A DNA stretch of 64,000 nucleotides from an uncultured Candidatus Saccharibacteria bacterium. Its GTDB lineage: Bacteria > Patescibacteriota > Minisyncoccia > Phycocordibacterales > DSPV01. Position 1 is the first letter of the stretch, and each line of letters begins with the position of its first letter. The notes beneath the pieces are model-generated. The model was not told the origin of the DNA. It saw only the letters and a list, made by a program, of their open reading frames with translations, and made no database searches. The DNA lies in the NCBI GenBank assembly GCA_964617735.1, contig CAZTXT010000002.1:12536-76535 (forward strand), in the 5' to 3' direction. The translations under genes were made by a program, and so were the position numbers. Shown here one piece after another: positions 1 to 9,454 of this stretch.

Positions 1-345
1 AATCAGCACTATTCTCTGCCATTGACCGAGCACCAGACGCTCGTTCTCTACCGGCACTGTCAGCGACGTACCGATAGCGCTCGAGAGAATATGGTCCGGC
101 ATGTGTTCCGGATTATGCGGATGTCGAAACTGCAGTTTGGGGACAATTTTCTCGAACGCATCGAGATAGTCCTGGTCTGTGCCGCCCGGGTCGAGGTCTG
201 CGGTAGTGAGCGCCGCAGAGGTATGCGTCAGAAAAAGCAAGATGACACCGTCGTCGACGCTTTGCTCATCAGCATAGCGCTGTATCTCATCGGTGATATC
301 GATCACCTCTTTCGGTTTCGTCGATAAGAACGCCAGCCTTCTCAT
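1..345 (-). CDS. yjbQ: YjbQ/UPF0047 secondary thiamine-phosphate synthase family protein (3' end runs off window)
   Basis: Manual translation MRRLAFLSTKPKEVIDITDEI...LFLTHTSAALTT...HMPDHILSSAIGTSLTVPVENERLVLGQWQRIVLI has the UPF0047 HT(S/T)A and LG.WQ motifs. Its ATG overlaps the TAA of the upstream gene (TAATG). Not in the ORF track. Confidence 0.85.
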   Translation of the reverse strand, partial: MRRLAFLSTKPKEVIDITDEIQRYADEQSVDDGVILLFLTHTSAALTTADLDPGGTDQDYLDAFEKIVPKLQFRHPHNPEHMPDHILSSAIGTSLTVPVENERLVLGQWQRIVLI

Positions 346-710
346 TAGTTTCCAAACGTTCCGTCTTTGCGCGAATGCAGATAGATTTTGTTCCCATCAG
401 GATCGGCAATGGCCGCTCCGTGACACACGGGTGTCTCGTAGTGCTCATCAATAATCTTCACCCCTTTCTTCTTCAGCTCCGCGAGTGTCTTCTGGACGTC
501 CTCAACTGAAAACGCGACGCTCGCACACTTACCAATTGAATCTTTATCAAAGGTTCCAATATCAAAAGTGACATTTCCCGCTTCAAATTCTGCCCACGTA
601 TCTCCCGGCTCCCCGTAGGGCTTCAAGCCAAGTATATTCTTATAAAAATCCATTGCTTTTTTAAGATCTGATACATGGTACATCACAAAATCAGCACCTC
701 GTATTTTCAT
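345..710 (-). CDS. VOC/glyoxalase-bleomycin resistance family protein
   Basis: V.DL..A.DFY..ILGL and DPDGN motifs. Confidence 0.85.
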   Translation of the reverse strand: MKIRGADFVMYHVSDLKKAMDFYKNILGLKPYGEPGDTWAEFEAGNVTFDIGTFDKDSIGKCASVAFSVEDVQKTLAELKKKGVKIIDEHYETPVCHGAAIADPDGNKIYLHSRKDGTFGN

Positions 711-767
711 AGTATAACGATTATTTTTTAATGCCCATCAGTATATCACTCTAGAGTGAGTTTTCGA

Positions 768-1136
768 TTATTTCTTTTTCCATCCAATATTCTGTTTTAC
801 GCGAAATCGTACTATCTTCCGGATAAGATTGAGTGGCAATGGTTTATCGAACGGGATCCGGATGGTTCCTTTTGACGTTAGGTATTTTGAAAGCTCCTTA
901 CGAAAGGCGCGGATAGCAGACGATCCCGCAGGGAAAAAACTTACATGATCTGCAAAGGCACCAAAATGCACGAGGTTTCCATGTAGCGTGAACGTCGGAA
1001 TTTGATAGCTAATCTTCTCTTTCGCTTCCGGTGCCGCTTTTTTAATCGTCTGCCGTATCAGGCGCAGCATCTTCTGCACATTCCTTGGATGCCTTTTGAT
1101 ATACTGTTCTATGGTTTTATACGCTGCTTTTTTCAT
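768..1136 (-). CDS. DUF1801/YdhG-like protein
   Basis: AAPEAKEKISYQIPTF, HFGAF, SKGTIRIP, LP..LI.KIV motifs. Confidence 0.85.
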   Translation of the reverse strand: MKKAAYKTIEQYIKRHPRNVQKMLRLIRQTIKKAAPEAKEKISYQIPTFTLHGNLVHFGAFADHVSFFPAGSSAIRAFRKELSKYLTSKGTIRIPFDKPLPLNLIRKIVRFRVKQNIGWKKK

Positions 1137-1172
1137 AGAAAAATCCTACCTCAAACCTTTTGAAATGCAATA

Positions 1173-2027
1173 TTAATGGGAAAATAAATCATTTTTATTT
1201 AGAAACTCGATAAGTATATCTGACAATTTATCTTCCTTTTCCTGAAAATCGTGATCGCAATCGGTAATCTGATAGGTTTGAGTTCTTTGATTTTCCCTCT
1301 TCATCAGTTCAAGAGCATCTTTAATGGGGATGACTGTATACTCATTTTCATCGCCAATAACTGCAAGTATTGGGATTTTTATCTTCGAGAAACCAGGCAA
1401 TTTCTTTTTATGAAATGGTAGGGCGTCATCAAAAGCAGGGTTCGCATCTGAGAAATTAACATACGAATCGGCAGACTTAGGCATTATATCTGCATATGCA
1501 TTTCTATCTAGAAAAAAATCTCCTTTACCTTCTACAACAAATTTCTGAGCCTGTTCTAACTTCTTCTCATAATCTTTTACAAGAAAGGGTTCAGATCCTG
1601 GGGAGGTAGCCGGTGCAAGTAAAATAATTGCGGAAATCTTATCGCTATGCTTTCCGTGAAGCATGTAGTAGACGACTTTTTCAGTTCCCAAACTATGTCC
1701 TGACAGTATAATTTTCTTATAGCCCTCTTCGAGAGCGAATTCAACCCAGGCATCAATATCTATAATGCAATCCTCGAATTTCTCAACCGCAGCACCATTT
1801 CCTTGCCAGGCATCATAAACGCCAACTCCCCGATTGTTGGTCGATAACATCGACATGCCACTTTCTGAAAGCCTTTTCGTCAAAACTTCAACAAAATATT
1901 CTTCATAGAAATTACTCGCTGTACCGTGAATATTGAGAAAAACGGTTTTACTTTTGTCAGCACGTAGATGTAGCGCATGGAGCCAGATCCCGTCCGGCGT
2001 CTTTATTCGTTCTATGGGATAATCCAT
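1173..2027 (-). CDS. alpha/beta hydrolase (DUF1749-like)
   Basis: HG and GHSLG nucleophile elbow, C-terminal DH. Start moved to MDYPIE (2027) to avoid overlap with secA. Confidence 0.8.
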   Translation of the reverse strand: MDYPIERIKTPDGIWLHALHLRADKSKTVFLNIHGTASNFYEEYFVEVLTKRLSESGMSMLSTNNRGVGVYDAWQGNGAAVEKFEDCIIDIDAWVEFALEEGYKKIILSGHSLGTEKVVYYMLHGKHSDKISAIILLAPATSPGSEPFLVKDYEKKLEQAQKFVVEGKGDFFLDRNAYADIMPKSADSYVNFSDANPAFDDALPFHKKKLPGFSKIKIPILAVIGDENEYTVIPIKDALELMKRENQRTQTYQITDCDHDFQEKEDKLSDILIEFLNKNDLFSH

Positions 2028-2032
2028 TTGAT

Positions 2033-4534
2033 CTATTTTTGCTGACTCATCAATCTCTGGTGCTCTTCCGTATTGAGCATCCCACACTTTTTGTATTTCT
2101 TCCCGCTTCCGCAAAGGCAAAGGTCATTGCGGCCGAGTTCATTTTTATTCCGGTGAGACACCGTGACATTTCCGGTGCGCGTGATTTCAGCGGCTTTCTT
2201 TCGAACCTGCTCCATTTCCTTATCCTGTTGTGCAAAAGCACCCGCTGCCAGATTGGGTAGCACGTTGAGGATCTGCGCGCCGATAGCCATTTCCATTTCC
2301 TTGAACAACCGCAAACCTTCTTTCTTGTACTCCACCAGTGGGTCTCGCTGGCCATACGCACGTAGGTTCACCGAACCCCGCATATAATCCATGATCTCAA
2401 GGTGGTCGACCCAAAACATATCAATCGCCTGCAGAATGACGCGGCGCATTACAGTGTAGAACTCGGTATCCCCTAACTCCTTCTTTTTGCTTTCGATCAT
2501 CTTCTGGGCCTCTTCGCTTCCCTCCGCGATCTTCGCGAGATAATCGTCAATCGCGCGCGATTCGCCCACGAGCACCGCACGACGGCGCTCATAGATGGTT
2601 TTTCGTTGATGATTCATCACGTCGTCATACTCAAGCACATGCTTGCGCGCATCGAAATTGTAGCCCTCAATCTTCGTCTGGGCCGTCTCGATGGAGCGGG
2701 TTATCATCCGATTCTCGATCGGTTCATCTTCGGCAACGCCCAGGCGCGCCATCATGGATTTCATCGTGTCGCGCGGAAACACGCGCATGAGTTCATCTTC
2801 GAGAGAAACGAAAAACTGTGTCTCGCCCGGATCTCCCTGACGACCTGAACGGCCGCGCAACTGGTTGTCGATCCTTCGCGCTTCGTGCCGCTCGGTCCCG
2901 AGCACAAAGAGACCGCCAAGATCTTTCACTGCTCTGTATTGCTCGTCTGACGCAGGGATCCCGCCGAGCTTTATATCGACGCCACGCCCTGCCATATTCG
3001 TTGCGATGGTCACCGCGCTCTTTCGCCCTGCTTGAGCGATTATCTCGCCCTCCCGCTCGTGGTTCTTCGCATTGAGCACCTCGTGCTTCACCCCCTCGCG
3101 CGAAAGATATCCCGATAGTACTTCATTTTTCTCGATGGAGACCGTACCAACGAGCACCGGCTGCCCTTTTGCATTGAGCTCCTTTATCTTGCGCGCCACC
3201 GCGGTGAATTTTCCTTTCTCACTCTGGAAGATAAGGTCGTTTTGGTCGCCGCGCACCATCTCGCGGTTCGTCGGGATCGCTATCGTCTCGAGCCCATAGA
3301 CTTTGAAGAATTCCTCTTTCGACGTGAGCGCCGTGCCGGTCATACCCGAGAGTTTTTTATATAACCGAAAATAATTCTGGAACGTGATGGAAGCGAACGT
3401 CCGCGATTCTTTCTGGATAGCAACGCCCTCTTTCGCTTCAATAGCCTGGTGCAGACCTTCCGACCAGCGGCGCCCGGGCTGAAGGCGTCCGGTGAACTCG
3501 TCGACAATGACGATCTGTCCATCTTTCACCACGTACTCTTTGTCTTTATGAAAGAGCCCCCGCGCTTTTGTCGCGGTCTCGAGATGGTGGACGTATTTGA
3601 TACCCTTGTCGGTATAGATATTCCCCACGTTAAGGCGCTGCTCGGCTTTTGCGATACCGGCATCGGTGAGCGTCACCGCGTGAAGTTTCTTATCGAGCTC
3701 GTATTCTCTTCCCTCCTCGAAATCACGGACAAGAGAAGCAAAGGTCTTGTAGAGATCTTCCGACTCGGAGGTCATGGCAGAGATGATGAGCGGGGTGCGT
3801 GCCTCGTCGATGAGTATCGAATCTATCTCATCGACAATAGCAAAATTGAACGGGCGTTGGCGCAAGGCTTTTTCTTCATATTCGAGGTTATCGCGTAGAT
3901 AATCGAATCCAAATTCGTTATTCGTGCCATAGGTGATATCCGCCTCATACGCTTCGCGACGGGTGCACGGCCGCAAGAATTCGTAGACAACCTTGAATGA
4001 ACCGACGGCATCGCGCGTCTCATCGAGCTCTTTGTGCTCGGGGTCATAGCGATAGGATGAATCATGATTGATGACTCCGACCGAAAGCCCGAGTGCGTTG
4101 TAAATCTGCCCCATCCACACGGCATCGCGGCGTGAAAGATAATCGTTGACCGTCACTACATGCACTCCCTTCGCCGAGAGCGCATTGAGGTAGGCCGGCA
4201 GGGTCGCCACCAGCGTCTTGCCTTCGCCGGTCTTCATCTCCGCGATCATTCCCCAGTGCAGTACGATGCCGCCGATAAGCTGAACATCGAAGTGCCGCTG
4301 ACCGAGGGTTCGCTTCGCTGTCTCGCGCACCGCCGCGAACGCTTCGGGTAGGATATCGTCGAGCGCCTCACCCGCAGAAAGCCGGTTTCTGAAGTCGTGC
4401 GCTTTTTTCTTCAGCGCTTCATCGGAAAGGGATTGGAATTCAGGCTCCAGTGCATTGATACGCGCGACCAGCGGTTGTGCTTTTTGCACGATCTTGTCAT
4501 TTTCGCTACCAAAAATTCGGCTCAAAAAAGCCAT
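2033..4534 (-). CDS. secA: preprotein translocase ATPase SecA
   Basis: MKTGEGKT, DEIDSILIDEARTPLIIS, QLRGRSGRQGDPG, C-terminal GRNDLCLCGSGKKYKKC SEC-C motif. Confidence 0.99.
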   Translation of the reverse strand: MAFLSRIFGSENDKIVQKAQPLVARINALEPEFQSLSDEALKKKAHDFRNRLSAGEALDDILPEAFAAVRETAKRTLGQRHFDVQLIGGIVLHWGMIAEMKTGEGKTLVATLPAYLNALSAKGVHVVTVNDYLSRRDAVWMGQIYNALGLSVGVINHDSSYRYDPEHKELDETRDAVGSFKVVYEFLRPCTRREAYEADITYGTNNEFGFDYLRDNLEYEEKALRQRPFNFAIVDEIDSILIDEARTPLIISAMTSESEDLYKTFASLVRDFEEGREYELDKKLHAVTLTDAGIAKAEQRLNVGNIYTDKGIKYVHHLETATKARGLFHKDKEYVVKDGQIVIVDEFTGRLQPGRRWSEGLHQAIEAKEGVAIQKESRTFASITFQNYFRLYKKLSGMTGTALTSKEEFFKVYGLETIAIPTNREMVRGDQNDLIFQSEKGKFTAVARKIKELNAKGQPVLVGTVSIEKNEVLSGYLSREGVKHEVLNAKNHEREGEIIAQAGRKSAVTIATNMAGRGVDIKLGGIPASDEQYRAVKDLGGLFVLGTERHEARRIDNQLRGRSGRQGDPGETQFFVSLEDELMRVFPRDTMKSMMARLGVAEDEPIENRMITRSIETAQTKIEGYNFDARKHVLEYDDVMNHQRKTIYERRRAVLVGESRAIDDYLAKIAEGSEEAQKMIESKKKELGDTEFYTVMRRVILQAIDMFWVDHLEIMDYMRGSVNLRAYGQRDPLVEYKKEGLRLFKEMEMAIGAQILNVLPNLAAGAFAQQDKEMEQVRKKAAEITRTGNVTVSHRNKNELGRNDLCLCGSGKKYKKCGMLNTEEHQRLMSQQK

Positions 4535-4543
4535 GGTGCAGGC

Positions 4544-4552
4544 ATTTTAGCA
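4544..4552 (-). promoter_or_regulatory. extended -10 promoter (TGcTAAAAT) 9 nt before secA ATG; near-leaderless
   Basis: Minus strand TGCTAAAATgcctgcaccATG, no SD. Confidence 0.6.
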
Positions 4553-4573
4553 CAAAAAGCGCTGATACCGAAG

Positions 4574-5587
4574 TTACCGGATCATCCTTACCTCGGGCTC
4601 AATGACGATGCCGACCGATCGGTGCACTGCGGTTGCGATCTTCTCTGCCAATGTCTCAACGTCTTGAGCGGTTGCGGTGCCTGCAGTGCAGATAACGAGT
4701 GCCTGCTTGGGTGAGACAGAGGCATCACCCACACGGAGGTTCTTCAATTTACAGACGTGATCGATTATCCATGCGAGTGAAAGTTTGTAGTGCCCCTTCC
4801 CTTCCGCAAAAGCGGGTAGTTCAGGATGTTCTTTCTTCAGTTTTTTGTATACCGCAGTGCTTACGATTGGGTTCTTGAAGAAGGATCCTGCAGTACCAGT
4901 CGTCTCTAGATCGGGGAATTTTCTGCTCCGGATCTCAAGGATCGCCGCGCGTATCTCGGAAAGAGACGGCCGGTTGTTTTTTGAGAAATGCGCTGCGACA
5001 TCTTTATAGGAAAGCCGAGGATGCGCTACTCTTGAGAGCGAGAGCGTGACCTTGGCGATGATAAGGTGCTTCGCTTCGTTCTTGAAGATACTGTCGCGGT
5101 AGCCGAGACGACAATCCCGTTTGGATACCGTGCGGATCGCGGAGGTTTTCGGATCGAATACCTCGACGCTGACCAGCAACTCTTTGAGCTCAACGCCATA
5201 CGCCCCGATGTTCTGCACTGGAGCGCCGCCGACCGTTCCGGGAATGCCTGAAAGATTCTCAAGCCCCCACAATCCCTTATCCACGCACAGCTGTACCAGA
5301 TCATCCCACGATTCCCCCGCGCCGACCTTAACCTCGACCGTTCCCTTTTTTTCAGAAAACTCGATGCCGAGTAGATTTATCTGTATCACAAGCCCCGGAA
5401 ATCCCGCGTCCGAGATGAGAACGTTCGAGCCGCCGCCCAGTGCAAGGATAGGAAGGCGTTCCTTTTTGGCGAACGCAACCGCAGTGTGTAAATCGGCAAG
5501 AGATTCCGCACGGCAAAAAAATCGGGCTTTCCCCCCGATTCTAAAGGTCGTCAACGACGAAAGCGGAACATGTTCTTCGATGGTCAT
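4574..5587 (-). CDS. murB: UDP-N-acetylmuramate dehydrogenase MurB
   Basis: TTFRIGG, LGGGSN, GIPGTVGGAPVQNIGAYG, GYRDSIFK, GSFFKNP, EPEV. Start at MTIEEH (5587). Confidence 0.97.
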   Translation of the reverse strand: MTIEEHVPLSSLTTFRIGGKARFFCRAESLADLHTAVAFAKKERLPILALGGGSNVLISDAGFPGLVIQINLLGIEFSEKKGTVEVKVGAGESWDDLVQLCVDKGLWGLENLSGIPGTVGGAPVQNIGAYGVELKELLVSVEVFDPKTSAIRTVSKRDCRLGYRDSIFKNEAKHLIIAKVTLSLSRVAHPRLSYKDVAAHFSKNNRPSLSEIRAAILEIRSRKFPDLETTGTAGSFFKNPIVSTAVYKKLKKEHPELPAFAEGKGHYKLSLAWIIDHVCKLKNLRVGDASVSPKQALVICTAGTATAQDVETLAEKIATAVHRSVGIVIEPEVRMIR

Positions 5588-5692
5588 GGATTTCAGCCCG
5601 CTATGGCCGGCGGGGCCAGCTCCTAAAACTAATGTCTTATATGAGTGCAACCGCCGGCCATAGCGAGACGCAACCCGATGCTAAGTATAGCA
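5588..5692 (-). promoter_or_regulatory. murB promoter (TGcTATACT, 5684-5692) and ~90-nt long-hairpin 5' leader
   Basis: 15-bp perfect inverted repeat CGCTATGGCCGGCGG (~5599-5613) / CCGCCGGCCATAGCG (5651-5665), with further inner and outer pairing. Confidence 0.55.
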
Positions 5693-5700
5693 AAACCATG

Positions 5701-5735
5701 AAAAACGAAAGACCCCGCCGAGGCGGGGTTTTTCG
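5701..5735 (-). terminator. intrinsic terminator
   Basis: CGAAAGACCCCGCC/GGCGGGGTTTTTCG stem, T-run on the minus strand. Confidence 0.75.
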
Positions 5736-5775
5736 CAGACATTCGTTAGGGCTAGCGTCGGCTAGCACTCACAAC
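5701..5775 (-). ncRNA. candidate small RNA (~75 nt) with own promoter and terminator
   Basis: TTGCAT(5803-5808)-17nt-TAACCT(5780-5785) with TG extension; GCTAGC-cgac-GCTAGC hairpin; terminator at 5701-5735; no ORF. Confidence 0.45.
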
Positions 5776-5814
5776 ACAGAGGTTACCATATTTCTCATAA
5801 AAATGCAAATTTAT

Positions 5815-5853
5815 AAAAAAGCGGCATTTTGGTAACTACCAAAATGCCGCTTT
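5815..5853 (-). terminator. intrinsic terminator of 5874..6986
   Basis: 17-bp perfect IR AAAGCGGCATTTTGGTA/TACCAAAATGCCGCTTT. Confidence 0.8.
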
Positions 5854-5873
5854 GAGTACAAACGATCGAGGGG

Positions 5874-6986
5874 TCAGATAAAGTCTCGAACGGATCGGGC
5901 GATCCGTTCGGCGCTCTTGCCGTCAACATGTAATCGATCACGGAGAGCGATCGCAGTCGGAATGTCCGACGCGATTTGCGTCTCAGCAACAGAAACATCG
6001 GATATGAGTGGGTAGATTTTCGAGATGAATTCCTCCGGTGAAGAAACTTCAGAGGTCGCTCCATATTCAACAGTCGGATACCGAGTCAGCCCTCCAAGAG
6101 ATTCCGTCATCTTGTTTCTGCCCACTTCCGAGGTCCAACTGACTGACACGCAACCGAGAAGTGCCGCCTCTACGAGACCAGTCGAATAGCAAGCGACCAC
6201 AACATCAGAATACAACATGTACTGGTGCGTCGTCGCCATGCTGTTAACCCAAAGGATCGGGACTTTCGCTTTTTTCACGGAATCGAGCCAGATCTTACAA
6301 AGAACCGGGTCGCCAAGAAACTTAGGATGCAACCCAACGATAAGGAGTGTGTTGAAGGGATCCTCGTTCACAGCCTTGATCACACCCTCGAGGTACGGAG
6401 TTGTGCTCTCGTCTTGCCCGAGAATATACACTGTCCGGGCAAAGCCTGCAGTGAGTGTATGCAAGAGAGGGTGACTCGGCACGCTCCCGGTCGCAAAGAC
6501 ATCGAACGCGGGTGAACCAGTCTCAACGATGATTGGTTTGTCGTGATAGTATCGTTCGATCATCTGCACGCCCACGCAGTCGAGCGTACAAACAAGATCG
6601 GGGACAACATCATTGGCACGCTGGTGACAACCCCAGATATCTTCGACAAAAACCACGGGAATGCTGCGGCTGTTGGCAATGAGGCAGATATCTCGCTCGA
6701 GATTGATCGGTGAGCCAAGGCTCGCCATCACAACATCGGGCTTGATCTTCTCGATAAGGTCAGCGGGGTCGATATCTCTACGCATGAGCGTCTTCGGGTC
6801 AAATTGACCTTCAGCAGGCACTCCGCCATAGACTTCGAAACCTGCTTCCTTTTGCCACCTCCTGATCGATAATCCTTCGGCGACGATAGTCACTACAAAA
6901 CCCTCCTTACTTAATAGTGCTGCCGGTTGGGTAAGCACTTGATAACCACCCATATCCTTCGTTACTACAAGTATCTTTTTGGCCAT
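5874..6986 (-). CDS. GT-B-fold protein, possible CMP-sugar (sialyl/Kdo-type) transferase or epimerase-like protein
   Basis: 370 aa; TGSP, GLHPK and YSTGLVEA resemble the HP and S(S/T) motifs of bacterial CMP-sugar transferases. SD AGAAAGGAGG (6993-7002); promoter TTGACT-16-TACTAT. Confidence 0.5.
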   Translation of the reverse strand: MAKKILVVTKDMGGYQVLTQPAALLSKEGFVVTIVAEGLSIRRWQKEAGFEVYGGVPAEGQFDPKTLMRRDIDPADLIEKIKPDVVMASLGSPINLERDICLIANSRSIPVVFVEDIWGCHQRANDVVPDLVCTLDCVGVQMIERYYHDKPIIVETGSPAFDVFATGSVPSHPLLHTLTAGFARTVYILGQDESTTPYLEGVIKAVNEDPFNTLLIVGLHPKFLGDPVLCKIWLDSVKKAKVPILWVNSMATTHQYMLYSDVVVACYSTGLVEAALLGCVSVSWTSEVGRNKMTESLGGLTRYPTVEYGATSEVSSPEEFISKIYPLISDVSVAETQIASDIPTAIALRDRLHVDGKSAERIARSVRDFI

Positions 6987-7120
6987 TTATGGCCTCCTTT
7001 CTAGGTTTTTGGTTTAACAATGTTCAAAACTAACCGAAGCACATAGTAACACAACCACTGTAAAAGTCAACAATCTCGTGATTGGATGCCCGTCTGTAGG
7101 TGAGAAAATTTGAATGAGGT

Positions 7121-9358
7121 TTAGGGATTTCTCCCCGCCTGGATCTCTTGAATGTAATAGTTGGCCTGATCTTTTTGTCCGGGAAAATCTTTGACGACAG
7201 TCTGAAGGATCGCGATAGCTTTCTGTCGCGCTCCACTGTTGAGGTAGGCTCCGGCGAGTGCGAAGCGCGCCTGCGGATCGAGCGGATCGTGATTAACCTG
7301 CGTCTCGAGCAGATGGATCGCAATGCTTGTTTTCCCCGCTGCCGAGTATGCGGAAACGAGCCGACTGTCGTATTCCTGTGTAGTGCCTGCAAGCGGCTCC
7401 ATGACTTTCTGAGCCGTATCAAAATCCTTTGCATAGATAAGAGCTACGGCGTAGATGATCCGCGCTTCATTGAAATCCGGTGCCAGATCATAGGCCTGCT
7501 TCATGATCTTCAACGCACTCGCAGCATCTCCCTTGTTGAGGTACGCAGACCCGAGCTCGAACATGATCGTCTGCTTGGTGGGAGAGAGTTCGAGTGCCCT
7601 GGTCAGATACTTGATCGCTTCATCGTAATTGTGAGAACGATTGAGGAATGAGCCAAGGAAAAGCTGGTAACGCGCGTCGTCCGGTGTCTTTTCTATCTGC
7701 TTGAGAAGCTCCGAGCGAGCCAGATCATAATATTGCTGTTTGAGCGTAAGATCCACCGACTGGGTATAGATGATCTGTAGTGCGCTTTGAGTGAGCTGCT
7801 CGCGGATCTCGGGATCGCCGAATGTATGCAACCCCAGTGTTTTCTGGAAATACTGCAAGTTCTTCGAAGGGCCCTCGGGCTGCGATTGTAGGGCATTGAT
7901 GAGCGTCGTCGAAGCGCGGAGCGCCGGCACATTGCATGCGTATGCCACAAAAACAACCAGCACGATGATGAGCGGCGTGATAATCCGATTCTGCAATGAA
8001 AGCGAAGCAGGAGCACGCTCGAACTTCCGAATAGACCATCCCGAAATGGAGTGCAGGTAGGCGAGTACCGCGAAGAACAGGATGTAGCTCGTGATGTTAT
8101 CGAAAACGAAAAGATTCTGAAAAAGATACGCGGCTAAAAGACCCGTCAGCACTGATTTCTCAAGAAGGTGCGGTATCTCGTGGCCTTTGGATAATTTGAG
8201 CCAACGGCTAAACCAATGCTTGAACGAGAAATCGAGCTCGGCCTGCTTCCATGTGTAGTAGAGGGCAAAAACCAAAATCGAAAGATATGCCAAGAGCCCT
8301 AAGATCCCGCCCGCGATGAGCCAATCGAAGATGACGTTGTGAGTTCGGTCGAACCATTGCTCCTGCGCATACATGTTAGGGTCGTAATACTTGTTGAAAA
8401 CATAATTGAAACTCTCCTGTCCCCAACCCACAAGGACTGTTTTAGGACTATCAGCAAATCCATGTAATGCCATCTTCCAGACCATGAAACGCGAACCCGC
8501 CTCACCGAAGGTGATAGAAGTGAGCCTCACCAACGAAGGCCGGCTGGTTACGAACGATGTATCTTTAAGTAGAGAGCCGAGAACGACCACCGCAAGCACC
8601 GCAGTGATAACGATGATACCCACGCGCCGGTGCACCGCATGATGAGAAAGCAGTGAGAGCAGGAGCGCAACGATGAAAAGACCGCCGAGCCAACCGAGGA
8701 TAGCGCCACGCGTCGCGGTGTGGTAGAGGATAAAAAGCTGCAGGAGCATCGTGGCTCCGTAGATCCAACGCCATGCGACCACTCGCCGCGATCGTACCAG
8801 CAAAAACAGGGTGATGAAAAAGTTGATGAGCATGAACGCCGCGAGATAGGTCGCATTGCCGAGCGTTCCGTCGAGCCGTACCCCTCCCTGATTGATGACT
8901 ATCTTCCCCGCAAGCTGCAACATGCCATAGATGGCCATGATGACGCTCGCGCCCACAGAGGTTTGGAAGAACCAGGTCCACTTCTTTTCAGTATTGAGCA
9001 CCGAAGAAGCAACGAGGAAATACGCGAAGAGATGCAGCAGCGTTATATATCCCTCCATCCGCTCGAAGTTGGACCAAAAACTCTTGAACGGATTAGCACT
9101 TAAAAGATCGGCGATGCCGATGATGACCAAAAACACGAAGATTCCCGCACCAAGCCACGAAAACTTCGGACGAAACGCAGGGTCGCGGAGAGCCAAGATA
9201 AGCCAAAGACCAAAGACGAATTCCGTGAGGAACCTGAACGCGAAGTTCTTGCCGGTGATGAACGGGAAAAACGAATGGGTCGCGATAATGAACGGGACAA
9301 AAAGGGTTAAGAAGAGGCCGGCGATGATCGCGTACTGGAGGTATTGGTTTATTTTCAT
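7121..9358 (-). CDS. O-antigen ligase (Wzy_C) family membrane protein with C-terminal TPR repeats
   Basis: Multi-TM N-terminus with TRG, GWG, HN motifs; TPR-like C-terminus. Start at MKINQY (9358). Confidence 0.85.
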   Translation of the reverse strand: MKINQYLQYAIIAGLFLTLFVPFIIATHSFFPFITGKNFAFRFLTEFVFGLWLILALRDPAFRPKFSWLGAGIFVFLVIIGIADLLSANPFKSFWSNFERMEGYITLLHLFAYFLVASSVLNTEKKWTWFFQTSVGASVIMAIYGMLQLAGKIVINQGGVRLDGTLGNATYLAAFMLINFFITLFLLVRSRRVVAWRWIYGATMLLQLFILYHTATRGAILGWLGGLFIVALLLSLLSHHAVHRRVGIIVITAVLAVVVLGSLLKDTSFVTSRPSLVRLTSITFGEAGSRFMVWKMALHGFADSPKTVLVGWGQESFNYVFNKYYDPNMYAQEQWFDRTHNVIFDWLIAGGILGLLAYLSILVFALYYTWKQAELDFSFKHWFSRWLKLSKGHEIPHLLEKSVLTGLLAAYLFQNLFVFDNITSYILFFAVLAYLHSISGWSIRKFERAPASLSLQNRIITPLIIVLVVFVAYACNVPALRASTTLINALQSQPEGPSKNLQYFQKTLGLHTFGDPEIREQLTQSALQIIYTQSVDLTLKQQYYDLARSELLKQIEKTPDDARYQLFLGSFLNRSHNYDEAIKYLTRALELSPTKQTIMFELGSAYLNKGDAASALKIMKQAYDLAPDFNEARIIYAVALIYAKDFDTAQKVMEPLAGTTQEYDSRLVSAYSAAGKTSIAIHLLETQVNHDPLDPQARFALAGAYLNSGARQKAIAILQTVVKDFPGQKDQANYYIQEIQAGRNP

Positions 9359-9398
9359 AGGGTACGCCCATGATATACAAAATCTTCTGCGAGAGCAA

Positions 9399-9432
9399 GA
9401 AAAAAATCCCTCCGCGCGAGCAGAGGGATTTT
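9399..9432 (-). terminator. intrinsic terminator of 9455..10492
   Basis: AAAATCCCTC...GAGGGATTTT stem plus T-run. Confidence 0.7.
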
Positions 9433-9454
9433 GCATTGTGGAGACCAAAGAACT

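Noticed and set aside
22-327. + strand 101-aa ORF
   Set aside because: Shadow of the minus-strand yjbQ gene, which has clear family motifs
1137-1155. GAGGTAGGA before the DUF1801 gene as a member of the SD-cassette class
   Set aside because: Weak match and the gene is not an isolated cassette; noted as a caveat to the two-class model
2028-2120. N-terminal extension of the hydrolase ORF into secA
   Set aside because: Overlaps the SecA zinc-binding tail; ATG at 2027 is the natural start
5588-5680. SRP RNA or 6S RNA call for the murB leader hairpin
   Set aside because: Lacks the SRP domain IV CAGG/GGAA/AGCA motif and is too short for a typical 6S
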